Below, in pieces: positions 54,936 through 64,000 of a DNA stretch of 64,000 bases (position 1 is its first letter; every line of letters starts with the position of its first letter). The stretch is from NCBI GenBank assembly GCA_963748625.1, contig CAVVJT010000003.1, positions 224,001 through 288,000 of the forward strand, given 5' to 3'. The notes below the pieces were generated by a model. It did not search any database and had not been told where the DNA came from. It worked only from the letters and a program-made list of their open reading frames with translations. The translations under genes were made by a program, and so were the position numbers. Source of the DNA: an uncultured Chloroflexia bacterium. GTDB lineage: Bacteria > Chloroflexota > Limnocylindria > Limnocylindrales > CSP1-4.

Positions 54936-57475
54936 GCCTCCTCGACCTCTTCCAGCGGCATCCTGCGGTCGACCGGGTGGCTGCAATGGTGGACGCAGCC
55001 GATGCCGTCATCGAGAACGATCCGCACCTGTCTCGGATGCACCTTCGTGATCTCGGGAGGCGTCCGTGGTTCAGGGCGCCGGACAGCAATCGGATCAGCT
55101 ATGGGTTCGCGTTGCGCGCTTACGCCGCGTGGCTCGAGCGGGACCTCACGGCCGCCCTCTTGGACATGCGCGGGGTCACTGGGTTGTCGCCGGTCGCCGA
55201 ACCGCTGCTTCCACTCGTCCCTCTTCTATCGGGTGGGGCGGCCGGAGACTTCGAGGGTCAGGCGCAGCTCGTCGCCGACCGATTTGGCGGGTGCGGACGG
55301 TCGTCGTGCAACCATCCGATCGGGCTGGAGGCAGCGCTCGCCCTGATGCGGCAGGCGGACGAGGCGCCGGCCCTCGTGCGGTGGGCGCTGCGCTCGCCTG
55401 AGCACGAGGCGCCCCTACGCATCGCTGCCTTCGGACGCGCCTGGCAGTTGGGTGCACGCGACGATGCCGAGCAGGCTCTTGATGGTCCCGGAGAGCGACT
55501 TCTCCTCGCGCGAGCGCGCGTCGCGTACGACACGGCCGAGCACGCACGGGTCATCGAGATGCTCCCGCCGGATCATGAGCTTTCGATCCGTTCGACGCTC
55601 TCGCTGCTCCTGCAAGGCGAGGCCGTGCCCGACGCGAACCGCCAGGCGGTCGAATCGGAATGCGGACGCGACGCGACCGTGGCCATCTTGCTCGAAGAGG
55701 CGGACGGACGCTACGCGAATGCAGCCGTCGCGTGGAGACGCGCGGGGAACGCGGGACGCGCCTGGGAAGCGGAAGCGCTATCTGATCCGCGTCACGCTGG
55801 TCAGCCGCCGGCCATGTCCGGCCTTCACCGCGGCACCGTGTGGTATGCGCACGCGGCCGGATCAGCTCCAAGACCGGCTGACCCGCCAGCCACCCAGATC
55901 GACCACCACAACGCCGAGGTGGGAGTCGGACGGACGCAGCTCCGCCGCGTCCGGGAGAGTCGCAGGCCCCCTGACCGATCCTCAGCTGACCCAGGGGTTG
56001 CACGTCTCGACGAGGTGCTTGGGATCCTGGGCGAAGAGCCGCGACGAGCGGCGTCGATGCTGGCAGCCACCAGCCCAGATGCGCCACCGCGTGAGCTCGT
56101 CGCGTCCATGGCGACGGCTCCAACGAAACGTGGGGCGAACCCAGGGCCCCACTGGGCGGTCTGGAGCGAAACCCACCACCAGGTCGTTCCCTTGCCGCGC
56201 CGCGCGCACCCCGTTCACTGGCTGGCCAGCCGCCAAGGGCTCGCGGTTCCCGCTCGCGAGGACCTCGATCAGCTTCCGCACGAGCAACGGCTGCCCGTGC
56301 TGGCGGCCGTCGTCGGGGCCGGGGAGGCCTGGGCTCGGGCAACCGCGTCAGGCGCGCTGACCACGGCCGCGCTGGGCGCCGCCTTGCCCCAGGCCCTGCC
56401 CGACCTGCCGGCCCTCGCGGTAGCTGTGGCGACGCGCGTGGATCTGGATCCGGCGATGCGCAGACACGCGTCGATCGTTGCGGGCGCGGCCCTGGCCAAC
56501 GGGGTAGCCCGTGGCGCGTGGGATGCGGAGGCCGCCGCGGCGGCGGCTCGGCGCGTCACTGCCACGGTCGCGGACCTGCTCCCAAGTCCTGAGCAGCTAT
56601 CGAGCGATGAGGCATTCAGGATCGACAGCGAGGTACTGGAGGCATTCTCAAAGACCGCGCGACGACGCGCCGTCGGGCCCGTGCTCCGGTTCCTCGCGGA
56701 TCTGCCGCTGCCCGCAAGCATGCCGAAGAGCGTCTCCAGCCTCTACACGTCCCAACCGGCCCTCGCCGTCCTGCTTCTCAAGGCGGGCCGGCCGGACGCG
56801 GCACGTCGCGCCTTCCAGCAGGGTGACGGAGCAGACACGGCCCTCGCCGCCGAGATTGCCGCAGCGGTGGCGGATCGCCACCTTGCCGCAAAGCGGCCCG
56901 TCGACGCGTTGCACGAGCTGGCGACTGTTCCGAATCCAAAGGACCTGGCACGTGTGGACATCGACCTGCTCGACCGAGTGGCCGCCGGCATCGTGCGCGA
57001 GCGCGGAAGTGTTCCGATTGACGCTGTCCTCAAGGATGCCGACATCCTCCTCGCCCACGTTCGTGGAGTGGCATCTGTGGCAACCATGGTTGTCGAACTA
57101 CTCCTGAGGCGAACAACCAACCGTCCCGGCAGCGCTGCCCTTGACGTTGCCGACCTGGAGCGCGCCTACAAGATCGACCCCGACCACCCGGTGGTGAGGC
57201 GATCCCTGTCGTTCTCGCTCGTGGTGCGTGGAATGGAAACGGCCGAGACTCGACCGATTCAGGCCGTGGCTGACGTGGATCGCGCGACCGACCTCTACAT
57301 GGCGGATGCCCAACTGGTCGAGATGGCCTCGAAGGTGGCGCTCCACGCGGGTGCGATCCTCTGGGGCAAGCAGCACAACCGTGCTGCCGCCAGCAGGGCG
57401 ATCGAGGTTGCCTTGTCTATCGACCCCCGCAATGGCGATGCCCTGGCGGCTCGACGGATCATCCGAGGCTACTGA
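54932..57475 (+). CDS. Large alpha-helical / TPR-like repeat protein
   Basis: 847 aa, Ala-rich helices; TPR-like LERAYKIDPDHP and IEVALSIDPRNGDA; overlaps both neighbours. Confidence 0.75.
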   Translation: MSLLDLFQRHPAVDRVAAMVDAADAVIENDPHLSRMHLRDLGRRPWFRAPDSNRISYGFALRAYAAWLERDLTAALLDMRGVTGLSPVAEPLLPLVPLLSGGAAGDFEGQAQLVADRFGGCGRSSCNHPIGLEAALALMRQADEAPALVRWALRSPEHEAPLRIAAFGRAWQLGARDDAEQALDGPGERLLLARARVAYDTAEHARVIEMLPPDHELSIRSTLSLLLQGEAVPDANRQAVESECGRDATVAILLEEADGRYANAAVAWRRAGNAGRAWEAEALSDPRHAGQPPAMSGLHRGTVWYAHAAGSAPRPADPPATQIDHHNAEVGVGRTQLRRVRESRRPPDRSSADPGVARLDEVLGILGEEPRRAASMLAATSPDAPPRELVASMATAPTKRGANPGPHWAVWSETHHQVVPLPRRAHPVHWLASRQGLAVPAREDLDQLPHEQRLPVLAAVVGAGEAWARATASGALTTAALGAALPQALPDLPALAVAVATRVDLDPAMRRHASIVAGAALANGVARGAWDAEAAAAAARRVTATVADLLPSPEQLSSDEAFRIDSEVLEAFSKTARRRAVGPVLRFLADLPLPASMPKSVSSLYTSQPALAVLLLKAGRPDAARRAFQQGDGADTALAAEIAAAVADRHLAAKRPVDALHELATVPNPKDLARVDIDLLDRVAAGIVRERGSVPIDAVLKDADILLAHVRGVASVATMVVELLLRRTTNRPGSAALDVADLERAYKIDPDHPVVRRSLSFSLVVRGMETAETRPIQAVADVDRATDLYMADAQLVEMASKVALHAGAILWGKQHNRAAASRAIEVALSIDPRNGDALAARRIIRGY

Positions 57476-57846
57476 TGAACGATCCGTTCGAGACGCTCCA
57501 GCAGTTCGACGACTTCGGTGCCTCGTCCATCTCGACGGCCTTCGCGGCGGCGATCGCACGTGGCGTGCCGGTGACGGAGGCAAGAGCGGCGATGGACGCG
57601 CTTCGTGATCCCGTGGAGCGGTCTGCGGCAGCGATCCTGGCCCCCTCGATGTCTGAGGCCGCTCGCCGTCGCCGCGCAGCGGCGCCAGTCGATGACGCGA
57701 ACCCCGCCGTGGAGACGGCGCTCCGCGCATTGGCATGGGCTGCAGACGAGATGGACCAGGAGCTCGCCTCCACCGCACAGCGGCCGACGCGCGCTGACGT
57801 GGTCGACCAGGTCCTGCCGCCCCTGCCGGAGCATCTGGAACCGTGA
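57475..57846 (+). CDS. Degenerate J-domain-like protein (no HPD)
   Basis: MNDPFETL...EARAAMDALRDPVER resembles J-domain helices I and III-IV; directly upstream of the GrpE-like and Hsp70 genes. Confidence 0.55.
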   Translation: MNDPFETLQQFDDFGASSISTAFAAAIARGVPVTEARAAMDALRDPVERSAAAILAPSMSEAARRRRAAAPVDDANPAVETALRALAWAADEMDQELASTAQRPTRADVVDQVLPPLPEHLEP

Positions 57847-58262
57847 GCGCCCCTGGGATTGCCGCGGAAACTGGAGCCCTGCTGCGGGCGCTCGCGGACA
57901 CGCGCGACGAGATTCGACAGAAGGAGCGCGATCACCGACGCACGACCGACGCCCTATTGCGCGAGGTCATGGACGTTGCCGACGGGGTCGAGCGCCTGCA
58001 CAAGACCATGCCACCCGATCAGGCAATCGCGCTGCAGGCTGTCGTCGCACAGATCCATGAGTTGCTCGCATCCCATGAACTCGTGGCCTTCCGACCAGCA
58101 GTTGGCAGCGATGTCGACGGCCGCTCATGCGAAGTGATGGCGACAGTGGAGCGGACAGGCCTGCGGCCGGGCACGGTTACGGCAGTTATCAGGTCCGGCT
58201 ACCGAGGTGGTGACCGGATTGTTCGGCGCGCAGGCGTCGAGATCGTGAAGGAGCAGGCATGA
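57843..58262 (+). CDS. GrpE-like nucleotide exchange factor
   Basis: LLREVMDVADGVER, VGSDVD...CEVM and GTVTAVIRSGYRGGDRIVRRAGVEI. Confidence 0.85.
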   Translation: MSAPGIAAETGALLRALADTRDEIRQKERDHRRTTDALLREVMDVADGVERLHKTMPPDQAIALQAVVAQIHELLASHELVAFRPAVGSDVDGRSCEVMATVERTGLRPGTVTAVIRSGYRGGDRIVRRAGVEIVKEQA

Positions 58263-60513
58263 CGCGTGCCATCGGCATCGATCTGGGTACCACCAACTCC
58301 GTCGTCGCAACGATCTCGCGCGGCAAGCCGCAGGTCGTTCCTACCCGGAACGATGACCGGGACTGGACTCCCTCGCTGGTGCTCCATGAGGGGGGCACGT
58401 TCACCGTCGGCCATGAAGTCGATGCGATCGCGTCAGCCCGCGCTTCCGTCGTCGCCCATTCAGTGAAGCGGCTCATCGGTCGCCGCTATCACGACGCCGA
58501 GGTCGAGCGGATGCTCGCAGACCGGCGATTCCTGTTTCCCGTCGTCGAGCACCCCGACCACCCAGGTGAGATCGGCATCGATCTCGATGGCCTCATCCTC
58601 ACGCCGGAGCAGGTGTCCGCGCAGGTACTCCGCAGCCTGAAGGCCGATGCGGAACACACGCTCGGCGAGTCCGTCGGGCACGCCGTCATCACCGTTCCGG
58701 CGTACTTCCGCGACCCGTCGATCGTCGCAACCCGGGAGGCTGGGCGGATCGCCGGACTGCGGGTGCAGCATGTGATGCCTGAACCGACGGCTGCTGCCCT
58801 CGCCTATGCGCTGGGGGACGACGACGCCATCGAGGGCGTGCGCCATGTGCTCGTGTACGACTTCGGCGGCGGAACCTTCGACGTGTCGATCCTCATGTCA
58901 GCACCAGGGGCTCCGCTCCAGGTGCTCGCAGTGGACGGGGACAACTTCCTCGGTGGTGACGACATCGACTTCGAGATCGCCATGTACTGGGACCGCGAGA
59001 TGCGCACGGAGCTCGGCGTCTCGATCCTGGACGGCAGCGGCATCTCGCGCTCAGGACCGTATCCGTTGGCGGCGGTGCAGTGGACGCTGCGTGGCGTGGC
59101 GCGTGACGCGAAGGAGAAGCTCGCCGGAAGTGCCCCGTCCAAGAGCATGACGAAGCCCGCGCTCATCCTCCGGGACGACGGAACCATGCTCAGTCCCACG
59201 TGGACCCTCACGCGTGACGTCCTCGCTCGCTTCGCGGACCCGAAGATCGACCGGACGTTCGAGGTCGTGGAGCGAGCGCTCGCAGACGCGAAGCTCACTG
59301 CCGCCGACATTCACGATGTCGTCGTCGTGGGCGGATCGACCAAGCTGGCGGGCGTGCTCGAACGATTGCGCGCGATGTTTCCAGCCGCCGAGATCCGCAA
59401 CTCGATTAGCCCAATGCTCGTGGTCGGCGTCGGGGCCGCCCAACAGACGCGCATGCTTCTTCCGTGGGCCTGCTCGGAGTGCGGACGGACGAACGATGCG
59501 ACCGCGTCCCAGTGCCTGGGCTGTGGCGCGAACGGCGATCGGCCGGAGCATGATTGCCCGGCCTGCGGGGCCATCTTCGCCACCAGCGACAACTCCTGTC
59601 CCAATCCCGCCTGCACGACGCGCATCACGCGTCCCGCGGCGCCGGTGGAAGTCCTGTCACACACACTGATGCTCAAGACGGTGGGCGGCGAGTGGCACCC
59701 CATCGTCGAACGGGGAACCCCGGTGTTCCCGTCACGGAAGCAGGCGGCAACGCCATCTGCATGGGAGCCCTTCTCCGCCCATCGAACAGGGCAGGGTATC
59801 GAGCTGCCGGTCGGCCAGGCGGGCGATGCCGGTCGTGAGCCAACTCCCATCGCCCACTTCCGCGTCATCAACCCGCCGCCGACCTGGTGGCAGGCGACCG
59901 AGTCAATGTGAGACTCGTCCTCGGGGGCGATCGTGCCGCCGGCGCCGAGGTCGAGATCCGCGGACAGCTATACGCCACCGAGCGGGTCGACTTCGCCGAT
60001 ACGGAGGCAGTTGCCGGAGATGCTCAGGACGACGAGGAGGACGGCGAGGACTCCAGCGGGCGTGCGGGCTGGTACCGCCTGCTTGCCTCAGGCGTCAACC
60101 TCCTCCCGGGTTCGTCACACAATCCGGGAGCCCAGGCGTTCGTGGAGGAGCTGCGTGAGGCGAGCGCGGAGCTCGAGCGGATTGCCGACCGCATCGAGGT
60201 GGCCGCGAGGGCTGGCGACTCGGCGGCCGTCGCGCGACTCGAACAGGAGGCAGAGGATCACATCGAGGAGAACCTGCCCATCACGCCCACCTTGGCGCTC
60301 GCCGCGGTCCTCGCGACCGTCACGGACGACCTTGACGGCCGCCGCGACCTTCAGGCTGGCCTCGAGGACGTGCGGCAGGCAATCAGCATGGGGAGCGTCG
60401 AAGACGTGAGGCTCGCGTTTTCGTCGCTCAACGACGTCATGTCGCGTGTGAAGTTCCCCGACCACGAGGTCGCGGGCGCCGATGCCAACCTCTTGGCGCG
60501 GTACCGCCAGTGA
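58259..60513 (+). CDS. Specialised Hsp70 with double zinc ribbon; frameshifted near 59880 (ORFs 58259-59911 and 59887-60513)
   Basis: IGIDLGTTNS, KRLIGR, TVPAYF, EPTAAA, YDFGGGTFD, LGGDDID and VGGST; four CxxC-type pairs; SBD-like strands and a helical lid continue in the -1 frame. Confidence 0.88.
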
Positions 60514-61517
60514 CGCATCTCGGCGCGGAGAAGGAGTTGGCGATCGGGACACTGGACTGGCCGGTCCAGTGTCCCGTCGATCGGCGCTGGCTCACCGACG
60601 TCGAAACCTGCCCTGATTGCGGTTCGCCCTTGGGGCCGCTCCGAGCCCTCAACGACCTCGCTGGGTCGTTGCTCGATCAGGCCGCCGCAAGCACTGATCC
60701 CGAGACGGCCGTCCACCTCGTGTCGCACGCAGCCACGCTGGTTCCCCCAAGCGAGCACTTCGAGGTTGCTGCGGCCGACGCCCTCGAACGCGCCGGACGG
60801 CCGGACCTCGCCCTCGAACGGGTTGAGGCGGCACTTCGGATCGCTCCCCGTCGCACTGACCTCCAGGAGCGGGCAGCCACCCTCCGGAACCGACCAGCGC
60901 CACGCCCCCGATCGTGGACTCCCTCCGCGCCGTGGGGCCGAATCGCGATCGCGGCCGTGATCCTCCTGGCGTTCGGAGCGGTTGGCGGCAGCGTCCTGGG
61001 TCGTTTCGCCGCCCAGCCAGCCGATCAGGGGACAGCCGCGGCGCCGACTGCGGTGGCACTCGCCTCGGCAAGCCCGGCCGTGCCGGCGGAGACGCCGTCT
61101 CCAGCCCCAACCTCGAGCGCATCGCCGGTGCCAGCCACGAGTGCGCCTCCGTCCCCCACGCCTGATCCCGCCCGAGTGGTTCGGGCCGCCCTTGCCGACA
61201 CCGAGATCCTTGGAGGGGCGAGTCTGGCGGTGGAGCGCGTCGGTGACACCGTGCGGATCTCTGGCCCGGTTGCCGACAAGGCGGCACTCAGACTCCTGGA
61301 GGCCGCCGTCGCTGGGATGGGGTCCGGCATCACCGTGGATCTTGGTGGGGTGACGTACCCACAACCGCGCTACGTGTACGTCCAGCCTGGCGACACCATG
61401 TGGTCGATCGCTGCTCGTACATATGGCAGCCCGAGGCGCTGGCGTGCCATCGTCGCCGCAAACCCCAGCGTTGATCCGGCGAGGCTCCGAGTGGGCCAGA
61501 GGCTGGTTCTGCCATGA
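60510..61517 (+). CDS. Zinc ribbon + TPR + TM + Pro/Ser linker + BON-like + LysM protein
   Basis: CPVD..CPDCG; ALRIAP; TM IAIAAVILLAFGAVGG; TVRISGPV; VQPGDTMWSIAARTYGSPRRWRAIVAANP...LRVGQRLVLP. Confidence 0.88.
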   Translation: MTHLGAEKELAIGTLDWPVQCPVDRRWLTDVETCPDCGSPLGPLRALNDLAGSLLDQAAASTDPETAVHLVSHAATLVPPSEHFEVAAADALERAGRPDLALERVEAALRIAPRRTDLQERAATLRNRPAPRPRSWTPSAPWGRIAIAAVILLAFGAVGGSVLGRFAAQPADQGTAAAPTAVALASASPAVPAETPSPAPTSSASPVPATSAPPSPTPDPARVVRAALADTEILGGASLAVERVGDTVRISGPVADKAALRLLEAAVAGMGSGITVDLGGVTYPQPRYVYVQPGDTMWSIAARTYGSPRRWRAIVAANPSVDPARLRVGQRLVLP

Positions 61518-62819
61518 CCCTCATCGGACGGACGTGGCGAGCCATCCCGCTGGGCATCAAGCTGGACGAGTGCCCGTCCTGCCAGACGATCGGACCCCAC
61601 GCAGTTGCGCGGCGGGTGCGATGGTTCGAAGTCTTGCGACTGCAACTTGTCCGGCTTGGATCAGACCATGCGCTGATCTGCGGGAAGTGTGGACTGGAGA
61701 CTCCGATCGCCGGCGATGTCGTCAAGGCTGGCCTCAAGGCCGGCACGCTGAAGATCGATCGGCAGCGACCCCTCGTTGATGCCCAGGCGCTGCAACGCTG
61801 CGGGCAAGGCGACGGCTCAGCCGCTGTCTCCCTTGGCGGGTCTGCCCCGAAGGCGGATCCGGGCGAGATCCGGGCGACCTACGACCGTCGACTTCGCGAG
61901 GTGCTACCGATCAAGGGCCCGAAGCCCACAGGCCGTGTACGCCCGCATCTGGCCTGTCTTGGCCATCATCGTCGCCGGCGTGGTGCTCGTACCGAGCGGT
62001 GCAGTGGCGATCCAGTCCGCTGGGATCGACTTGACCGCACTGTCCGCTGGCGGGGCGGCCACAAGCGGGCCCGCAGCGGTTGCCAGCTCGCCATCACCGC
62101 GTCCGACCCGTAAGCCGGTGGAGCGTCCCTTTGCGAAGCGGTTTGATGATTGGTCTCAGGTCTACTACAGGGACTCAGTCCTTCCGTGCTACACCGGAGA
62201 CTCCTGCAGCCTGGACTGGAAGATCCGGTATGGCGACGGGACAGCCGTCCCTCTGGCAGTTGAGGTAGTTCGCCTCGCTGACCTATTCCGCGACAAGAAC
62301 AGCGTGCAGATGGATTCAGTAGATGACTGCCGCCAGGAACACGGGTCCATGTTCACACTGCTGGCCTCGATCGCGTCTGAAGTCTCGCTGCTTCAGGCGC
62401 TCAAGCCCGGGGAGACGGTCCCCAAGACTTGGCGTCCGGCCACGCAGGTCACCTTCGAGCCCTGCACAACAGCCCTGCCTGACTCACAGAAGGCAGTGGC
62501 GACGCTCAAGTCACTGCTCGCGGATGCCCGAGGGGAGCTGGTGAAGGCGAAGAAGCTCGTCCGGGCCAAGGACTGGTCTGGTGCCAGGGCAGCGTCCGGA
62601 CGACTGACCGATCTCGCGGCGCAGATCACCCGTACCTCCGCGCGCGACTTCCCGAGCGGTGGCGGCGCCACGTGGGCACCGATCCGGACTATTGGCTGGG
62701 ACCTGATGCGGGTGAGTGGCTTCCTCGAGGTCAAGCGGCTGGCGGCCGCCAAGTCGACGACGAAGCTGATGGACAGCACCATCTCTGCCATCGAGCGTGT
62801 GAAGCTGGGCGGTTCCTGA
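61514..62819 (+). CDS. Zinc-ribbon membrane protein, apparently frameshifted (ORFs 61514-62113 and 61776-62819)
   Basis: CPSC...RWFEVLRL...LICGKC (zinc_ribbon_15-like); TM IWPVLAIIVAGVVLV and the exported domain are in another frame. Confidence 0.65.
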
Positions 62820-62840
62820 CCCAGTTGTCGTGGCCGGTGA

Positions 62841-63014
62841 ACAGCGGCTGTATTCGTCATCGCCACGGCAGAGGTCGTGGGCGCGACGGTCGTGACCAGC
62901 GAGAGCTACGGCAAGGGCGACAAGCCGCAGATCCCCTATGTCTGTGACCAGCTCGCCGTCCCCTGGGTGGACATCTTCGAGTTCGTCCGCTTGGCGAGAG
63001 CTCCGCTCGTGTAA
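62841..63014 (+). pseudogene. C-terminal fragment of a DUF4411 (PIN-like) protein
   Basis: VFVIATAEVVGATVVTSE...KPQIPYVCDQLAVPWVDIFEFVR*; in-frame TGA just upstream and no start codon. Confidence 0.6.
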
Positions 63015-63096
63015 ACCGCTCACAGTGGTCGCAGCGCGTGAGCGACACCTTCGCAATCCATGATCGGAGGGTGCGCTGATCTGCGCGATCAGCGCG

Positions 63097-63657
63097 TTAG
63101 CCGAAAGCCCAAGTCACCAGAAGAAAGTCCTCGGGCGCGATCGTGCCCGCGGCAAAGGCGAGACGCAGCCATGCTGCCTGGGCGGTGCCGCGATCACCAG
63201 GCCCCTTCATCTCCACCAACCGCGGTCGACGCGGGCTTTGCCACGCGATGATGTCCGGGTACCCGGACTCGCCGTGCCGGACCAGGATCGAGGCAAGTCG
63301 CGGAGGCAGGAGCGGCGGGACCGGCATCGTCGGGTTGGCCGGGGCGACCGGGACCAGCATCAGACTGCGCCAGTCATCATTCCGCTGGCCGCAGGTCGCC
63401 ACCCAGCCGGCGTTCCAATCCGAGGCGAGGAACCTGCGAACCATTGCGATCTCGGCGCACGAGAGCTGTCCATCAGGCCCCGCGACCAGATTGCCCTTCT
63501 TCGCGCAGTCGTAGGCGTGGTTGTCGAGCCGCTCACCGGTGAACGGTGCAAAGGTCGTGCTGGCGGTCCAGACCTCGACGCCACCGAAGATGCCGCGCAC
63601 GGGGGCCGTCAGTGGCCGGATCGCCCTAATCCATTCCAGATCCGCTGATCCAGTCAC
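63097..63657 (-). CDS. VRR-NUC / PD-(D/E)xK nuclease-domain protein
   Basis: GYPDIIAW...LVEMKGPGD...QAAWL motif; GAGAGG RBS before GTG at 63657. Confidence 0.75.
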   Translation of the reverse strand: MTGSADLEWIRAIRPLTAPVRGIFGGVEVWTASTTFAPFTGERLDNHAYDCAKKGNLVAGPDGQLSCAEIAMVRRFLASDWNAGWVATCGQRNDDWRSLMLVPVAPANPTMPVPPLLPPRLASILVRHGESGYPDIIAWQSPRRPRLVEMKGPGDRGTAQAAWLRLAFAAGTIAPEDFLLVTWAFG

Positions 63658-64000
63658 CCGCCGCCTCTCGCGCTCGCCTGGTTGACGCCAGTCCTCGTTT
63701 CCCAAGTGTCGCACCCTCTGCGGACGCACGGTCCGCTGGCGAGGTCATCCGCCGGAGATCCTTGCTGCTCGCCCTCGGGTGCTCTCCCTCCCACAAGGGC
63801 TTCATTGTCCGACCGAGGTGACCGCGGTCGGTGAAGGGTTCTGTGTCCGACTGGTCGTCTTCTCCGTCGAGCTGTGCCGCGACCGGGATTCAGGGTTGTG
63901 CCCGATCCGCCCGATCGCGCGCTCGCTACGCTCCATGCCACGACCGTTACGCCGTCCGCGGTCCAGGGACCGCAGCAGCGCCCGTAGGCGGCTGGCGGAT

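Larger units (their letters stand above)
42213..64000. mobile_element. Integrative genomic island at tRNA-Cys (distal end outside window)
   Basis: att fragment, integrase and accessory cargo; no housekeeping genes. Confidence 0.7.

Noticed and set aside
58259-60513. Housekeeping dnaK operon
   Set aside because: No hrcA/hspR or canonical dnaJ; divergent linker and SBD; zinc-ribbon insert; located on an island.

Overview
High-GC bacterial chromosome segment. Gene order and protein style suggest Chloroflexota, probably Limnocylindria/Ellin6529-like; this is inference only. Bases 1-31.8 kb are mostly housekeeping genes: plsX-rpmF-yceD-X-coaD-rsmD-recG-DAK2-Asp23, rpmB, dtd-rpe-rlmN-fmt-def, priA-gmk-rluD-lspA-ileS, LCP, ilvE, Na/Ca antiporter-DUF1634-TauE, rpsF-ssb-rpsR, a CpaE-like ATPase and tRNA-Leu(TAA). 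A ~1 kb internally deleted IS1595-family element with a passenger gene sits after rpmB. From ~33.6 kb the window is accessory DNA. Two identical 45-bp 3' fragments of tRNA-Cys (33570, 42168) mark tandem islands, and a tyrosine integrase adjoins the second copy. The islands encode four secreted proteins that share one basic C-terminal domain; three are large and contain perfect or near-perfect DNA module repeats. The best candidate for an undescribed system is the translationally coupled operon at 54186-62819: Ser/Thr kinase, large TPR-like helical protein, HPD-less J-domain-like protein, GrpE-like protein, Hsp70 with a double zinc ribbon at the interdomain linker, zinc-ribbon/TPR/TM/BON/LysM protein, and a zinc-ribbon membrane protein. 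It looks like a dedicated Hsp70 machine linked to a peptidoglycan-binding membrane protein and a kinase. All domain calls come from motif recognition by eye; no searches were run.
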